Source: Torpedo marmorata
Taxonomy: Eukaryota
Assembly (NCBI GenBank): GCA_977017645.1
Contig: OZ360220.1
Span: 85,188,001 to 85,252,000, forward strand
Length of the DNA: 64,000 bases
Direction: 5' to 3'
Shown in pieces: positions 1-11,591 of the stretch. Position numbers and translations under genes: made by a program. A model generated the notes under the pieces. It ran no database searches, was not told where the DNA came from, and worked only from the letters and a program-made list of their open reading frames with translations. The stretch's first letter is position 1. Every line of letters starts with the position of its first letter.

Positions 1-380
1 GCATTGTAGAAAGTGAGGAAGGCTTTCAATGCTTGCAGAGGGATCTGGACCAACTGGAAAAATGGGCTGAAAAATGGCAGATTTAATTTAATGCAGACAA
101 GTGTGAGGTGTTGCATTTTGGAAGGTCAAACCAAGATAGGACATACACGGTAAATGGAAGGGCACTGAGGAGTGCGGTAGAACAGAGGGACCTGGGAATA
201 CAGATACATAATTTCCTGAAAGTGGCGTCACAGTTAGAGAGGGTTGAAAAGAGAGCTTTTGGCATATTGGCCTTCATAAATCAAAGTATTGAGTATAGGA
301 GTTGGGATCTTATGGTAAAGTGGTGTAAGACATTGGTGAGGCCAAATGTGAAGTATTGTGTGCAGTGTTGGTCACATAAC
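1..380 (+). mobile_element. CR1-clade LINE fragment (RT C-terminal region), upstream part; split by ERV insertion
   Basis: Translates to LQRDLDQLEKWAEKWQ..FNADKCEVLHFGRSN..QRDLGIQIH..KTLVRPNVKYCVQCWS, typical of CR1 ORF2; resumes after the ERV at 3546. Confidence 0.9.
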
Positions 381-1163
381 TGTAATAGTCGGCCTGTGCT
401 GTCAAGACAGAAAATACATGGCAGGACCACAGAGCATACAATACAGGTTTATTAAATTACGCTAGCGGGAGTGAGCAATATCAAGTTCAGGAGGACAATG
501 TCACTTAGTCAATACCGAACCTCACTCAAAGATCACAGTGAAATGGTACAGTATTTATGGCATATTTTGGCGGCATATCTCTTACGTTGATAAACATATC
601 TCTTTGAATTTATTTGAGGTACATTGTTACAGTTCCTTGTTAACATTTGTCATTGTGGTTCTCTCTTAAGGAATGTAAATCACTGACGTAAAGCAATTAC
701 CCAAATTAAGTTAATTCTGTTTAAGTTTCATGTCTTAAGAACAGTTGAGGTAATGTCTTGAGGTTTTGACTTCAGTACATATCGAACATCAGTGCTATGT
801 GTACTTTTGGGTTAAGTTTTAATTATGAAATGCTAATCATTAGTCTGGAGAGTTAATCAAATCTTTAAGACACACAAGCAAAGAAACATCCGTCGGCGCC
901 TGACAGAAATGTGCAAGTTTTCTGCCTTCTGTAGTAACTTTGAACAGCTCTGGCAGATTGCGAAGCTGTTAAAGGTTCTGTCAGTTTAAATGCTAAATTA
1001 GCTGTCTGCAAAAGCCAATGAGTCTGCTTTCAATAAACATGACTGTGACTTTTTCTAACACTGGTTTTAATGCTAAGGAATCCTGTATTAATAAAGACAA
1101 AATTAGTGGTGCTTTTTCTTAATAATTGCCATTTCTGGATGACTTAAAATAGAATCTTTCACA
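381..1163 (-). repeat. ERV 3' LTR (~780 bp)
   Basis: + strand reads TGTAATAGTC...CTTTCACA; near-identical to 2761-3545; on the - strand it is preceded by the PPT. Confidence 0.92.
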
Positions 1164-1178
1164 TTCCCTCCTTTTATC
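1164..1178 (-). other. ERV polypurine tract
   Basis: - strand GATAAAAGGAGGGAA immediately before the TGTGAAAG start of the 3' LTR. Confidence 0.85.
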
Positions 1179-1193
1179 ATTCTTTGATAACCA

Positions 1194-2226
1194 CTAAAGG
1201 GACTGTGGAGGATACTTGGACAGCATAGAAACAGTAAATCTACAAGGGTAGCTAGGAGCATAATAAAACTTTTTTTTTTCCCAGCCACTGGATCCATCCA
1301 GTGCCAAAGCATTGTGCAAAGGGGTAGGTGTAATAGTCAGGCATTTCGCACCAATTTCTCGTAAGTCCTGTATCTCTTTTTGCATGTGGTTCACCAATTT
1401 AGTGATGTTGTCAGAGCTATACGTACAACAGTCTCGACCTTTAATTTTACAGGTCTCCCCACGACCAGCCAGAATAAAGCCAAGGTCCATTCGTTTCTGG
1501 ATCATCACAGTACGGATGGCAACCATCTCCGCTGACAGTTGAGAAACTGCCTCTCCAGCTACTTGGAACCCCTTCGCTGTGTCATTAACCAATAGCTCCA
1601 ATGCTGAGGTGACGAATCAGCTCTTTGGATGCTTTTCCTGTACCGTAAAAGGGGAACAGAATCACAAAGACCTGCTCCACCCTAGAGACACCTGTCTTTG
1701 TCCTGAACCCGGTTACATCTGGCCAATCAGGATATTGGTGTAGCTTCTGTACATGATGTATAGAGGGAACCATATATCCCAATTAACAGGACCCCGTCCA
1801 ATTGCAGTCAGCCATGGATATGTCTTATGTTAAAAATAAAATGTCTCATTGTATACAGTAAAAGTTTTACATCAACTTTCTCCCAGCTTTGGTATGGTTA
1901 TATAACTGTAGGTACCATTTAATAAAAGATGTCATGTTATACCCTGCTGTCCTCCACATGTTTATATCCTTACTTTCACTTGTCTGTGATCTGTTCAGTC
2001 TCAAAAATTCATTGGGTAGGGGATGTGTCTTGAGGGTACACCTCCCGTTGAGTTGGTTAGAATATGGGAATAGATTCAACAGCTAATAAACATTCATCTT
2101 ATCAAAATATAAGACACATTTAAAAAGGTATTATGCTGTCACCCAAAATTCCTCTTTTCAGTCATGACTCCTGCATTCAGTTCAAATATCAAGGCGACAA
2201 AAAAGGCATAACAATAAAGTTCTCAT
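1194..2226 (-). pseudogene. env: Retroviral envelope (gamma-type SU-TM), frameshifted
   Basis: Signal-peptide-like start MRTLLLCLF at 2226; YPWL..NWTGSC*LGYMVP SU motif; degenerate furin site RTKT followed by hydrophobic fusion peptide (VEQVFVILFPFYG); ISD-like IQKRMDLGFILAGRGETC and CX6CC motif CKIKGRDCC in ORF 1194-1601. Confidence 0.88.
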
Positions 2227-2294
2227 GTTGTAGATGGGCCTTTTTGTTTCCTCAGTCTGTTATAATAAAAGTCTTAGGTTTTAGGTGGGCCTCT

Positions 2295-2760
2295 TTCCTT
2301 CAGTCTGTTCGGTGTATCCAATAAGGCTGTCCTTCAAGCTTTACTGCAGTCAGTGTTATTAACGGGACCTGGAGTGGCCTTTTCACTGAGTTCCCAATTT
2401 CTTCTGATCCCAATTCTTTACGACGACGTAATTTTCAGGTTTGACGTTAGGATATTTATCACTTCGATCTGTTGGATCACCCTCCTTTAGGTGGGCTTAA
2501 TGTACCTGTGAATGCACCGCTCGAAAAATTTTTAGTTAGATTACTCAAATATTTGCTCATGTCATCGCCTAATGATAATAAATCCATCCCTACTGGCGGT
2601 GCAGGTTTTGCTCCCCAAGATGTCCATATTGGCTGTCCATGGACCATCTCTGCAGCAGATAGCCCCGACTTAGCCTGCGGTGTCGCCTGCATTTTAAACA
2701 ATGCTAGGAGTATCATTTTTTTAATCCAATTTTAGCCCTGTTTCCTCAGTCAATTTCGCC
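2295..2760 (-). pseudogene. pol: Retroviral integrase C-terminal remnant
   Basis: LAKLTEETGLNW..LLALFKMQATPQAKSGLSAAEMVHGQP, then GPY/F-like C-terminal motif PLQVPLITLTAVKLEGQPYWIH. Confidence 0.85.
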
Positions 2761-3545
2761 AGTCGGCCTGCGCTGTCAAGACAGAAAATACATGACAGAA
2801 CCACAGAGCATATAATACAGGTTTATTAAATTACACTAGTGGGAGTGAGCAATATCAAGTTCAGGTAGACAATATCACCTTAGTCAATATCAGACCTCAC
2901 TCAAAGATCACAGTGAAATGGTACAGTATTTATGGCATATTTTGGCGGCATATCTCTTACAAGTTGATAAACATATCTCTTTGAATTCATTTGAGGTACA
3001 TTGTTACAGTTCCTTGTTAACATTTGTCATTGTGGTTCTCTCTCAAGAAATGTAAATCACTGATGTAAAACAGTTACCCAAATTAACAGTTAATTCTGTT
3101 TAAGTTCCATGTCTTAAGAACAGTTGAGGTAATGTCTAGAGGTTTTGCCTTCAATACATATCGAACATCCATGCTCTGTGTACTTTTGGGTTAAGTTTTA
3201 ATTATGAAATGCTATTCATTAGTCTGGAGAGTTAATCAAATCTTTAAGACACACAAAGCAAAGAAACTTCCGTCGGCGCCTTACAGAAATGTGCAAGTTT
3301 TCTGCCTTCTGTAGTAGCTTTGAACAGCTCTGGCAGATCGCTAAGCTGTTAACGGTTCTGTCAGTTTAAATGCTAATTTAGCTGTCTGCAAAAGCCATTG
3401 AGTCTGCTTTCAATAAACATGACTGTGACTTTTTCTAACACTGATTTTAATGCTGAGGAGTCCTGTATTAATAAAGACAAAATCAGTGGTGATTTTTTCT
3501 TAATAATTGCCGTTTCTGGATGACTTAAAAATAGAATCTTTCACA
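2761..3545 (-). repeat. ERV 5' LTR, lacking its last ~6 nt (U5 end); PBS, gag, pro and RT deleted
   Basis: Matches 387-1163; the + strand TGTAAT found at 381-386 is absent and the LTR is fused directly to integrase codons. Confidence 0.9.
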
Positions 3546-4068
3546 TAACTACAGGAAAATATCAATAAAATTGAAAGAGTGCAGTGAAGATTTGCTAGGA
3601 TGTTGCCCAGACTTCAGGAACTAAGTTACAGGGAAAGGTTAAACAGGTTAGGACTTTATTCCCTGGAGCATAGAAGAATGAGGGGAGATTTGATAGAGGT
3701 ATTAAAAATTATGAGGGAGATAGACAGAGTAAATGTAGATAGGCTTTTTCCACTGAGGGTAGGTGAGATACAAATCAGAGGACATGGGTTAAGAGTGAAA
3801 GGGGAGAAGTTTAGGGGCAACATGAAGGGGAACTTCTTCACACAGAGAGTGGTGGGAGTGTGGAACGAGCTGCCAGTTGAAGTGGTGAATGCGGGCTCAA
3901 TTTTAACATTTAAGAAGAATTTGGACAGGTACATGGATGGGATGGGTTTGGAGGTCTATGGATTGGGTGCAGGTCAGTGGGACTAGGCAGAAAATTAGTT
4001 CGGCACAGACTAAAAAGGCCGAATGGCCTGTTTCTGTACTGTAATGTTCTATGGTTCTATGTTTCTAT
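3546..4068 (+). mobile_element. CR1 LINE 3' end (continuation of 1-380)
   Basis: ORF 3600-3986 LSYRERLNRLGLYSLE..RMRGDLIEV..FFTQRVVGVWNELP; 3' tail GGCCGAATGGCC stem and (TTCTATG)n repeats. Confidence 0.92.
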
Positions 4069-4829
4069 CAGCAACCATGTTCTTCATATCTTGCCTATGT
4101 AATACGTTATTTGAACTGCCACAACCCTGCTATGTACTGGCTTTTTTTGAACAGCAATGATTTGGCCTGGTACAACTTACATAAATTGCAAAGCTACGTT
4201 AGTGTTCAGTAACCATTCTACCCTGTTTGGTCATGGATATCACTGTTGATAATACTTTGACAGTGAAATTTAATATTTTATTACCTTGTAACTTGCAGAA
4301 GATTTAGGACTGAATCATAGTTGAGATACTTGTAGAACTAAGGTGCAATGTTCAGATGCCCACTGCCTGCATCCACTGCAGCACTGTGGGTGGTGGCTGC
4401 CCAATATCTGGAAGCTGCATTGGAAGTGCAGCCTGCTGCTAAAATGTCTGGTCACCAGGCTTTCAGGCTGTGCTGAAGTTCTACCACCGACTTTTAGAAT
4501 TGCCAAGGCAGTAGCTTGTTCTCTCTGGTTGGCTCGATTTGTGCTTGCATTGTGGTTATTCCACTTCATTGTTGCTTTTCAGCCAGTCAGCCTTGACCTC
4601 TCCCATTCAAATCGTCAGAAACGGGGCCATAAACAATCAAAATTCCCTCACTGAACAAACCTCCACCAGATGTTCTCTCGCCCCTGGGAGCACCAGGGTG
4701 AGAAAGTAGTCACAGAAGACAAGAATTAAAGGTGATTAGTTTATTTCTTATACTGACTTGATTTAATCTGTACATTTGGATTGGACTGTGTATTTTAAGT
4801 TTATATGTATGATCGAAAAGAAGTTGATG

Positions 4830-5525
4830 TGATTCAAGATTCAAGATTCAAGATTCAATTTATTGTCATAGTAATAAGACAGTGTCATATTCCATGAAAT
4901 TTCTTCTTGCCTGCTGCAAGGCAGACAGATTCGCCACCGGCAGAAATTGCCTAAGCGCCTCTAACATTCCTTACAGTCAGAGAAAGAGAAGCAAAAGAAA
5001 GTCCCCCCAGAGTCACCAAGTGTCCATAGATTCGCCTCCAGCGTTTCCGCAGCCTCCGCAGCCACACAAAGTCCAGTCCAAACCATCGGCATCCCGAGCT
5101 CCAGATCCGAACCTCCAACACGGTCAGGTCACCCTCGGCACCCCCTCGCATCCCGGTTCCGATACCTGGTACTCCTCCAGCCAGTTCGAGCCAGCCTCCA
5201 GCAGTCCGCAGCCCGGCGTGAGTCCCCCAACAGCAGTCTCCAGCAGCCCACAGCCTCCGCGGGTTCCTCGCCTCGAGATGCCAGCAACCCGCCGCATGTA
5301 CTGGTCCTTCAGCCTCAGACCCCCTCACCAGTCCGCCGCCCTGGTCACCGTCCCGTGGGTCGTCTCCTCCGCTTCTCCTTCTCAGATGTTGATCCTGGTG
5401 ACGGCTCTGTAGAGCAGCGCACTGGTGGCACACAGGCCGAGCCCGCCGCCGTGAGGGGGAACGCGACGAACACGCCAGCCAGTGCCTCATCACCCGCGAA
5501 GAAAGGGACTTTGGCACATGGAAGG
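4830..5525 (-). mobile_element. Unassigned non-LTR retroelement 3' region with GC-rich body and (TTGAATC)n tail; related copies at 46527-46850 and ~51280-51710
   Basis: GATTCAA tandem at 4831-4857 beside TTTATT (AATAAA on - strand); shared segments (AGAGAAGCAAAAG, GTTCCGATACCTGG, CAGCAGCCC..CAGCC) with 46527-46850. Confidence 0.6.
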
Positions 5526-5530
5526 TTGAG

Positions 5531-5712
5531 TTAAATTTAAATTTAGACATACAGCACGGTAACAGGCCATTTTGGCCGACGAGTCCATGCTTCCCAATTT
5601 ACACCCAATTAACTTACACCGCCGGTACATTTCGAACGGTGGGAGGAAACCGGAGCCACCGGGGAAAACCCATGCAGACACGGGGAGAATGTATGAACTC
5701 CTTACAGACAGT
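5531..5712 (-). mobile_element. HE1-like V-SINE, 5'-truncated
   Basis: V-domain-like core CCGTGTCTGCATGGGTTTTCCCCGGTGGCTCCGGTTTCCTCCCAC on - strand and CR1-like tail. Confidence 0.85.
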
Positions 5713-6089
5713 TGTGGATCAGTTCTGTTGTTAACTGGGGAATTAGTGTTGAGTTTATTGATATTGGTCTTGAACTAATTGTTTATATTCAGCCAATCCA
5801 GAAGAAGCTGTAAAGGTCCCTGCATTCTTTTAATTCCTCCTTCTTCCTCATCCCTGTCTTTCATATTCTCCTGCTCCTCAGGTTCTCAGCTGATAATTGG
5901 TGGCAGGAATTGGTTTTAATCTTAAGATTTTTTTTTAAAGCAGAGTTTTGGTTAAATGAAAATAACCCGAGAATGTTGCAGTACAGAAGTATGTGAGCAT
6001 CCCACATGAATTTTAAAAAAGGTTAGCATACTGATCCAGCAATTGATCGGGATTGCAAATCACTTGTTGGTGCCTATTTCAAAAGGAGT

Positions 6090-6953
6090 TGTTACGTTGC
6101 AGACCAACAGCAATAGAAATTCACCAAGACAATGTTATTTTTAAAAGAATATATTTATTATTAACTACTAATAATATAACATATTAATTAACTTAACCCC
6201 AACTATGCGTGAATATACCTATGTGTGTGTGTGATACCCAAACCATTACAGCTTAGGCACAATTCTGGAAAGTCAATTCAAAGTTCAGTCTTAGAAATCC
6301 TGTGTTGAAACTCAGACTTTTAAACTGATGTTCAGAAGTAATCACGAAGGAGGTGAGAGAGAGACTGTGTGATCAGACTGCCGAAAACTCACAAATCCTT
6401 GTTGAGTTGCTTCCATAGAAATGTCTTTTCATACAAATGATTGTCAAAACTCCCCGTTCCTTGCGTAGGGGAAACGAAACGTGTGACTTCCACGATGCTT
6501 CCAAAACCCAGGCAAGGTCAGACGAAATGACCATCAAAATGGTCACGATCCAAATGCAGGAATTCGCCTGCTTCCTTTACCCAGATATGGGTCAATCAAA
6601 ATTTACCATTACAATGGTCACGGTGGTTTCAATAACTCCCCTGACAAGGAGAATTAGCAGAATTGTCCATTTCACAGAGTCATTCACCTTTGTGTTTTCA
6701 GATGACTGCCTGATCAATAATGAAACCTGTTTCTTTAAGTGTCCCAATCACATGACTCATAATCACATGACTTCTCTCTCACCATCTGTTTCTTCCTGAA
6801 TAAACAACCATTGTTCTGGGTTCTTAGTTGAGAGCATTAACTTTGTTTATGGTTTGAACTTAATGGTGCCTCTGAGTCTGTGAGCTGTGAAAGGTTTGCA
6901 GCCTGTGTTAACCCTTAAAGTGTGGTTACTAAATGAAATGTGAGCTTCTTATA
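6090..6953 (-). repeat. Gmr1-like element 3' LTR
   Basis: Starts TGTTACG on +; 6264-6947 repeated at 11592-12237; adjoined by CCTCCCCC (PPT on - strand). Confidence 0.9.
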
Positions 6954-7029
6954 CCTCCCCCAACAAAGAACATTTTGAGCTGTAAGAGCAAAATTTTAAC
7001 TTCAACCTACAATGTTTGAAATACTACAT

Positions 7030-8500
7030 CCACTATTGTTACATGATAAAATACAGACAAATATAACATTTTTAAGCAACATTGCAAACTTAACATCTGG
7101 AAAGGCAATTACATTATCCTTGCCTCTAATATGAGTTATCATTAAATCATATTCCTGCAGAATTAAACTCCAGTTTAACTATCGTCTATTTTTGTTTTTC
7201 ATTTTACTCAAGAACACTAAGGGATGATGGTCAGTATACACAACAAGTGTATACTGTTGTGAGCTGTGCAGATGTAAACATCGAAATGCTACAAAGCCAG
7301 TACAAGGGACAATAATTCTTTCTCTATGGTAGAATAATTATTTTGATGTTCATTGAATTTCTTGGATAAGTAAGCCACTGGATGGTCAATATCATCACAA
7401 CCATTATTTTGTAATAACACTGCTCCCGTAGCTTCATCACTAGCATCTACTGCTAAAGAAAATGGCTTCTCAAAGTCAGGTGACTTAAGCACAGGCTGGT
7501 GACATAAAATGGCTTTCAGTTTACCAAAGGCTTCCTGGCAAAGTTCTGTCCAAACAAACTTTTCACCCTTCTTCAGAAGGTTAGTTAAAGGAAGGGCGAT
7601 ATCAGCAAAATTTTTACAGAACTTTCTATAATACCCTACCATTCCCAAAAATCTTCTGATAGCTTTCTTACCCGTGGGAGCGGGAAACTCAGAAATCGTC
7701 TGAACTTTCACCTGGACAGGCGCCAACTTGCCTTGACCAACAACATAACCAAGATAAGTTACAGTAGCATGGCCAAATTCACTTTTAGCTAAGTTAACAG
7801 TAAGGTTGGCTTTTGAAAGTTTGTCAAACAATTTCTCTAAATCAGAGATATGTGCTTCCCAGGTGTCATTCCCCGTAACCAAATCATCAATATAAGCATT
7901 CATATGCTCCAAACCTTGAATCACAGAATTAATCATTCTTTGGAATGTTCCTGGAGCATTTTTCATTCCAAATGGTAAAACATTGTATTCATATAAACCT
8001 GACGAGGTTACAAATGCAGACATTTCCCTACCTCTGTCTGTTAAGGGAACACACCAGTAACCTTTTAATAAGTCCATCTTCGTAAGAAACTTAACCTTTC
8101 CAACCCTGTCCACACAATCATCCACCCTAGGGATAGGATAAGCATCTGTCTTTGTTACCGCATTAACTTTTCTATAATCAGTGCAAAATCTAACTGTCCC
8201 ATCTGATTTAGGCACCAGGACACAAGGTGAACTCCAATCTGAGGTAGAACGTCTAATAATATCATTCTTTAACATATATTCAATCTCTTGATCTACCAGT
8301 TTACAATTTTCTACATTCATTCGATATGGATGTTGTTTGATAGGTTCTGCATCTCCAACATCAACATCATGACAAGTTATTGGGGTTCTTTTAGGCACAT
8401 CTGGAAACAGGTTCCTAAATTTTAAAAGTAGCTGTTTCATTTGCTTCTTTTCCTGGGGCTGAAGATGAGCCAACTTATCATCCAAATTCTGCAAAATACT
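7030..8500 (-). pseudogene. pol: Reverse transcriptase / RNase H of Gmr1-like element
   Basis: ORF 7289-8599: PIKQHPYR, WSSPCVLVPK, RFCTDYRKVN, DLLKGYW, LPFGMKNAP, YIDD, AVDASD, YSTIEKELL; continues past a stop into YTDHHPL/ADCLSR-like RNase H end. Confidence 0.93.
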
Positions 8501-8599
8501 CAAATTAGACAGACGAACTGGGACAATGTTTTGTTTGACCCTCACAAGAGTCAGCTTGTACCGTCTCATGATCCCTAAACTCCTCTGTTTTATCAACAA

Positions 8600-9820
8600 C
8601 CAATACCTCTGGTGAAGGCTGTTCCTTGCTCAAAGCCAAGTTCTCAAAATAAGGTTTTAACATGTTGACATGGCAACTCTGCGTTTTACGTCTCCGATCA
8701 GGTGTTCTAACTATGTAGTTGACTTCATTCACCTTTGACTCTATCTCATACAGGCCTGAAAATTTGCCCTGAGGGGATTAGAATTTGTTGGGAACAGGAT
8801 TAACACTTTATCCCCCGGTTTAACAGTTCTCACCCTAGCCTTTTTATCATACCAGACCTTCATTTTGCCTTGAGCCATTTTTAAATTCTCTTGAGCTAAT
8901 TCACAGACTTTCTGCAAATGATCTTTAAACTTTGAAACATAATCTAACAAATTCAATTGCATATCCTTATTAACCCATTGTTCCTTCAACAACACTAAAG
9001 GTCCTCTAACTTGATGTCGAAACACCAGCTCAAAAGTGCTAAAGCCTAATGATTCTTGTACAGACTCCCTCACTGCAAACAAAAGCTAATGGACACCCTC
9101 ATCCCAGTCCTTCTTATTCTCAAGATGATAGGTCCTCATCATGGTTTTGAGGGTCGAATGGAACCTCTCCAAGGCCCCTTGAGATTCTGGATGATATGCA
9201 GGTGACGTGATTTGATTAGCTCCCAATTTATAAACTATCTGCTGAAACAGCCCCAACATGAAATTACTTCCCTGGTCTGATTGGATCTCTTTAAGCAAAC
9301 CAACTACTGTAAAGTGAAAAATTTTATAAGAGCTCTTGACACAGTTTTAGCTTTAATATTTCTTAGTGGTATTGCTCTGGAAACCTGGAGGCTGTACATA
9401 TGACAGTTAACAAATACTGATTCCCAGCTTTTGTCTTGGGCAATGGGCCAACACAATCCACAATAACTTTAGAAAAGGGTTTGCCAAAAGCAGGAATGGG
9501 TTGTAAAGGAGCCATTGGGAGACCCTGATTGGGTTTACAACCTGACAAATGTGACATGTCCGGCAAAATGTCACAACATCTTTTCTTAAACTAGGCCAAT
9601 AGAATTGTTTCATAATCTTATACATAGTTTTCCTTACACCATGATGACCACCCAAGGGCGTGCTATGGGCCAAGGTTAAAATTTCATCCCTACAGACTTT
9701 AGGAACTACAACCTGGTGAACAACTGCCCATTCTTCACTGGCAGGGATATCAGGTGGTCTCCACTTCCTCATCAACACACCTTCCTTGAAATAATATCCA
9801 ACTGGCCTTAATTTCATCAT
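8600..9820 (-). pseudogene. pol: Integrase of Gmr1-like element (frameshifted)
   Basis: H..GGHHG..CRTCHIC zinc-binding domain (9407-9820); VDCVGPLP, IQSDQGSNF, YHPESQGALER catalytic motifs; HVNMLKPY C-terminus. Confidence 0.92.
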
Positions 9821-9929
9821 CAGAGAGAGCCTTATCTCTCACTTCAGTAAGATCAGGATTTCTGTTCTGCCCAGCTATAAACTCTTTTCGGGATAATGCC
9901 AAATCCTTACTCTCGGGTTTAACACCAGA

Positions 9930-11590
9930 ACTCTAATCCAATAAAGAAGGATGTAAAGTCTTTTGCAGGTCATTACAACCTGAATGCTGTTTCGGATGAC
10001 CACAGATTCCGGTCCCTTTTAAATCAGTCTGCACAGCACCGTCTGCACTGGCAAGCTTTTTAGCCATAGCTCGAGTCACTGTTGAGGCTGGATATATATC
10101 AGAATCTGTCTTTGTCTCATCAATGACTGACTTAGCTGTCAAACTCACCGCAGGGACAACTTTACCCTCTGCAAGGTCATTTCCTAATAACAATGAAACC
10201 CCCTCCACTGGTAAACTTGATCGGATCCCTATAATAACAGGTCCATTAACTAATTCTGATTTCAACATTATCCTGTGCAGAGGTATCGACTCTGGATCAC
10301 CCCCCAGACCTCAAATCAAATTTATTTCACCCCTGGCAGTCCCATCACTAAACTCCAAAACACCGTCCAACACGAGTGACTGGGCGGCCCCAGTATCTCG
10401 AAGAATTTTCACTGTCACTTGTGGTGATCCTTCCTTTACCGAAACCAAACCCTCTGACACAAAATATTTGAATTCATCCCTAATGTTACCAGCAGGTCTG
10501 GAACCCTTTTGATTTCTATGTTTTTCATCTCTTTGAATACAGGCATCTGGCGCTGCCTCCTTTTCTCTCTTTTTTCTCAGCACGGAACAATTTGCTATCA
10601 CGCGACCAGGTTTCTTACAATAGTGGAAAAGGGGACCTGAAGGTTTTTCCTTTTCTTGCCTCCCTTCTTCTTTACCCCTAGCACTACTTCCCGATTTATT
10701 TTCTAACTTACATGGATAGTCCATATTACCCTATTGGAAGGTTCTACAGTACAAAATTAACCTTGTGGGTTAAAGCATACTCATCTGCTAATTTAGCAGA
10801 TTCCTGCCAAGTTTCCACTCCCTTTTCATCTAAATAAGCTTTTATGTCATTAGGAATGCACCTTTTAATTTCCTCAACTAACACCAGCTCTTTCAGCCTA
10901 TCATAATCACCATTTATATCTTTTGATATGCACCATCAGTCAAAGCACACAGCTTTGTCATATGCAAAATCCATATAAGACTGGTTCACCGATTTTCTCA
11001 AATTCCTGAATTTTTGTCTGTAAGCTTCTGGGAACCAATTCATAAGCCTTAAGCACAGCTTGCTTCACAATCTCATAAATCAGCAGCTTGTTCGGTTGTA
11101 AGGGCAGAGTAAGCCTGCTGGACTTTCCCTTTAATCACGCTTTGTAACATGAGGGTCCAATGGTCTTTTGGCCACTTTAAACTCTCAGAAACTTTCTCAA
11201 AATGCTGGAAGTATTTATCAATCTCAGCCTCATCAAATGGAGGAACTAACCTAACCTCCCTACTGGTCATAAACCTCTCACTAGGACCAGAAGGTGGAGC
11301 TCCTTCTTTCCTCTTCTCTTTCTCAAACTGCCTTTGCTTCTCCTCCGCCTCAAATCTAAGTTTTTCTAATTCAATTTGTTCCATTGGTGACCGCTGTTCA
11401 AGGGATTTACTCTCGGGAATTTGTTCTAACTCCTCCTTTCCAAACTTCCCCACTGCTATATAATGGTCAACTATAACTGCCTGGATCTCTGCCTTTTTCA
11501 TCGACGGTTTTACCACCGCAAGTTCCAACTTTTGGGCGATAGTCACCAACTCACTCTTTCTCGCCCTCTGCAAATCTGCAGGGGTTGGCG
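9930..11590 (-). pseudogene. gag: Gag (capsid/SCAN-related, zinc knuckle) and aspartic protease of Gmr1-like element
   Basis: VRLVPPFDEAEIDKYFQHFEKV..WPKDHWTLMLQSVIKGK gag motif; degenerate knuckle FHYCKKPGRVIANC; protease ILRDTGAAQSLV and LLLGNDLA. Confidence 0.88.
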
Positions 11591-11591
11591 A

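Larger units (their letters stand above)
381..3545 (-). mobile_element. Internally deleted class-I (gamma/epsilon-like) endogenous retrovirus: 5'LTR - IN C-terminus - env - PPT - 3'LTR
   Basis: Direct repeats 381-1163 and 2761-3545; outer termini TG..CA; 4-bp TSD TAAC (377-380 and 3546-3549); purine tract on - strand abutting the 3' LTR; integrase and gamma-type env remnants between the LTRs. Confidence 0.92.

Noticed and set aside
4882-5550. Overlapping 176-aa and 199-aa ORFs
   Set aside because: GC-rich repeat-derived sequence with low-complexity translation; related copies elsewhere do not keep the frames.
6437-6799. 120-aa ORF repeated at 11749-12089
   Set aside because: Lies in the LTR; the second copy is frameshifted and deleted, and there is no protein motif.
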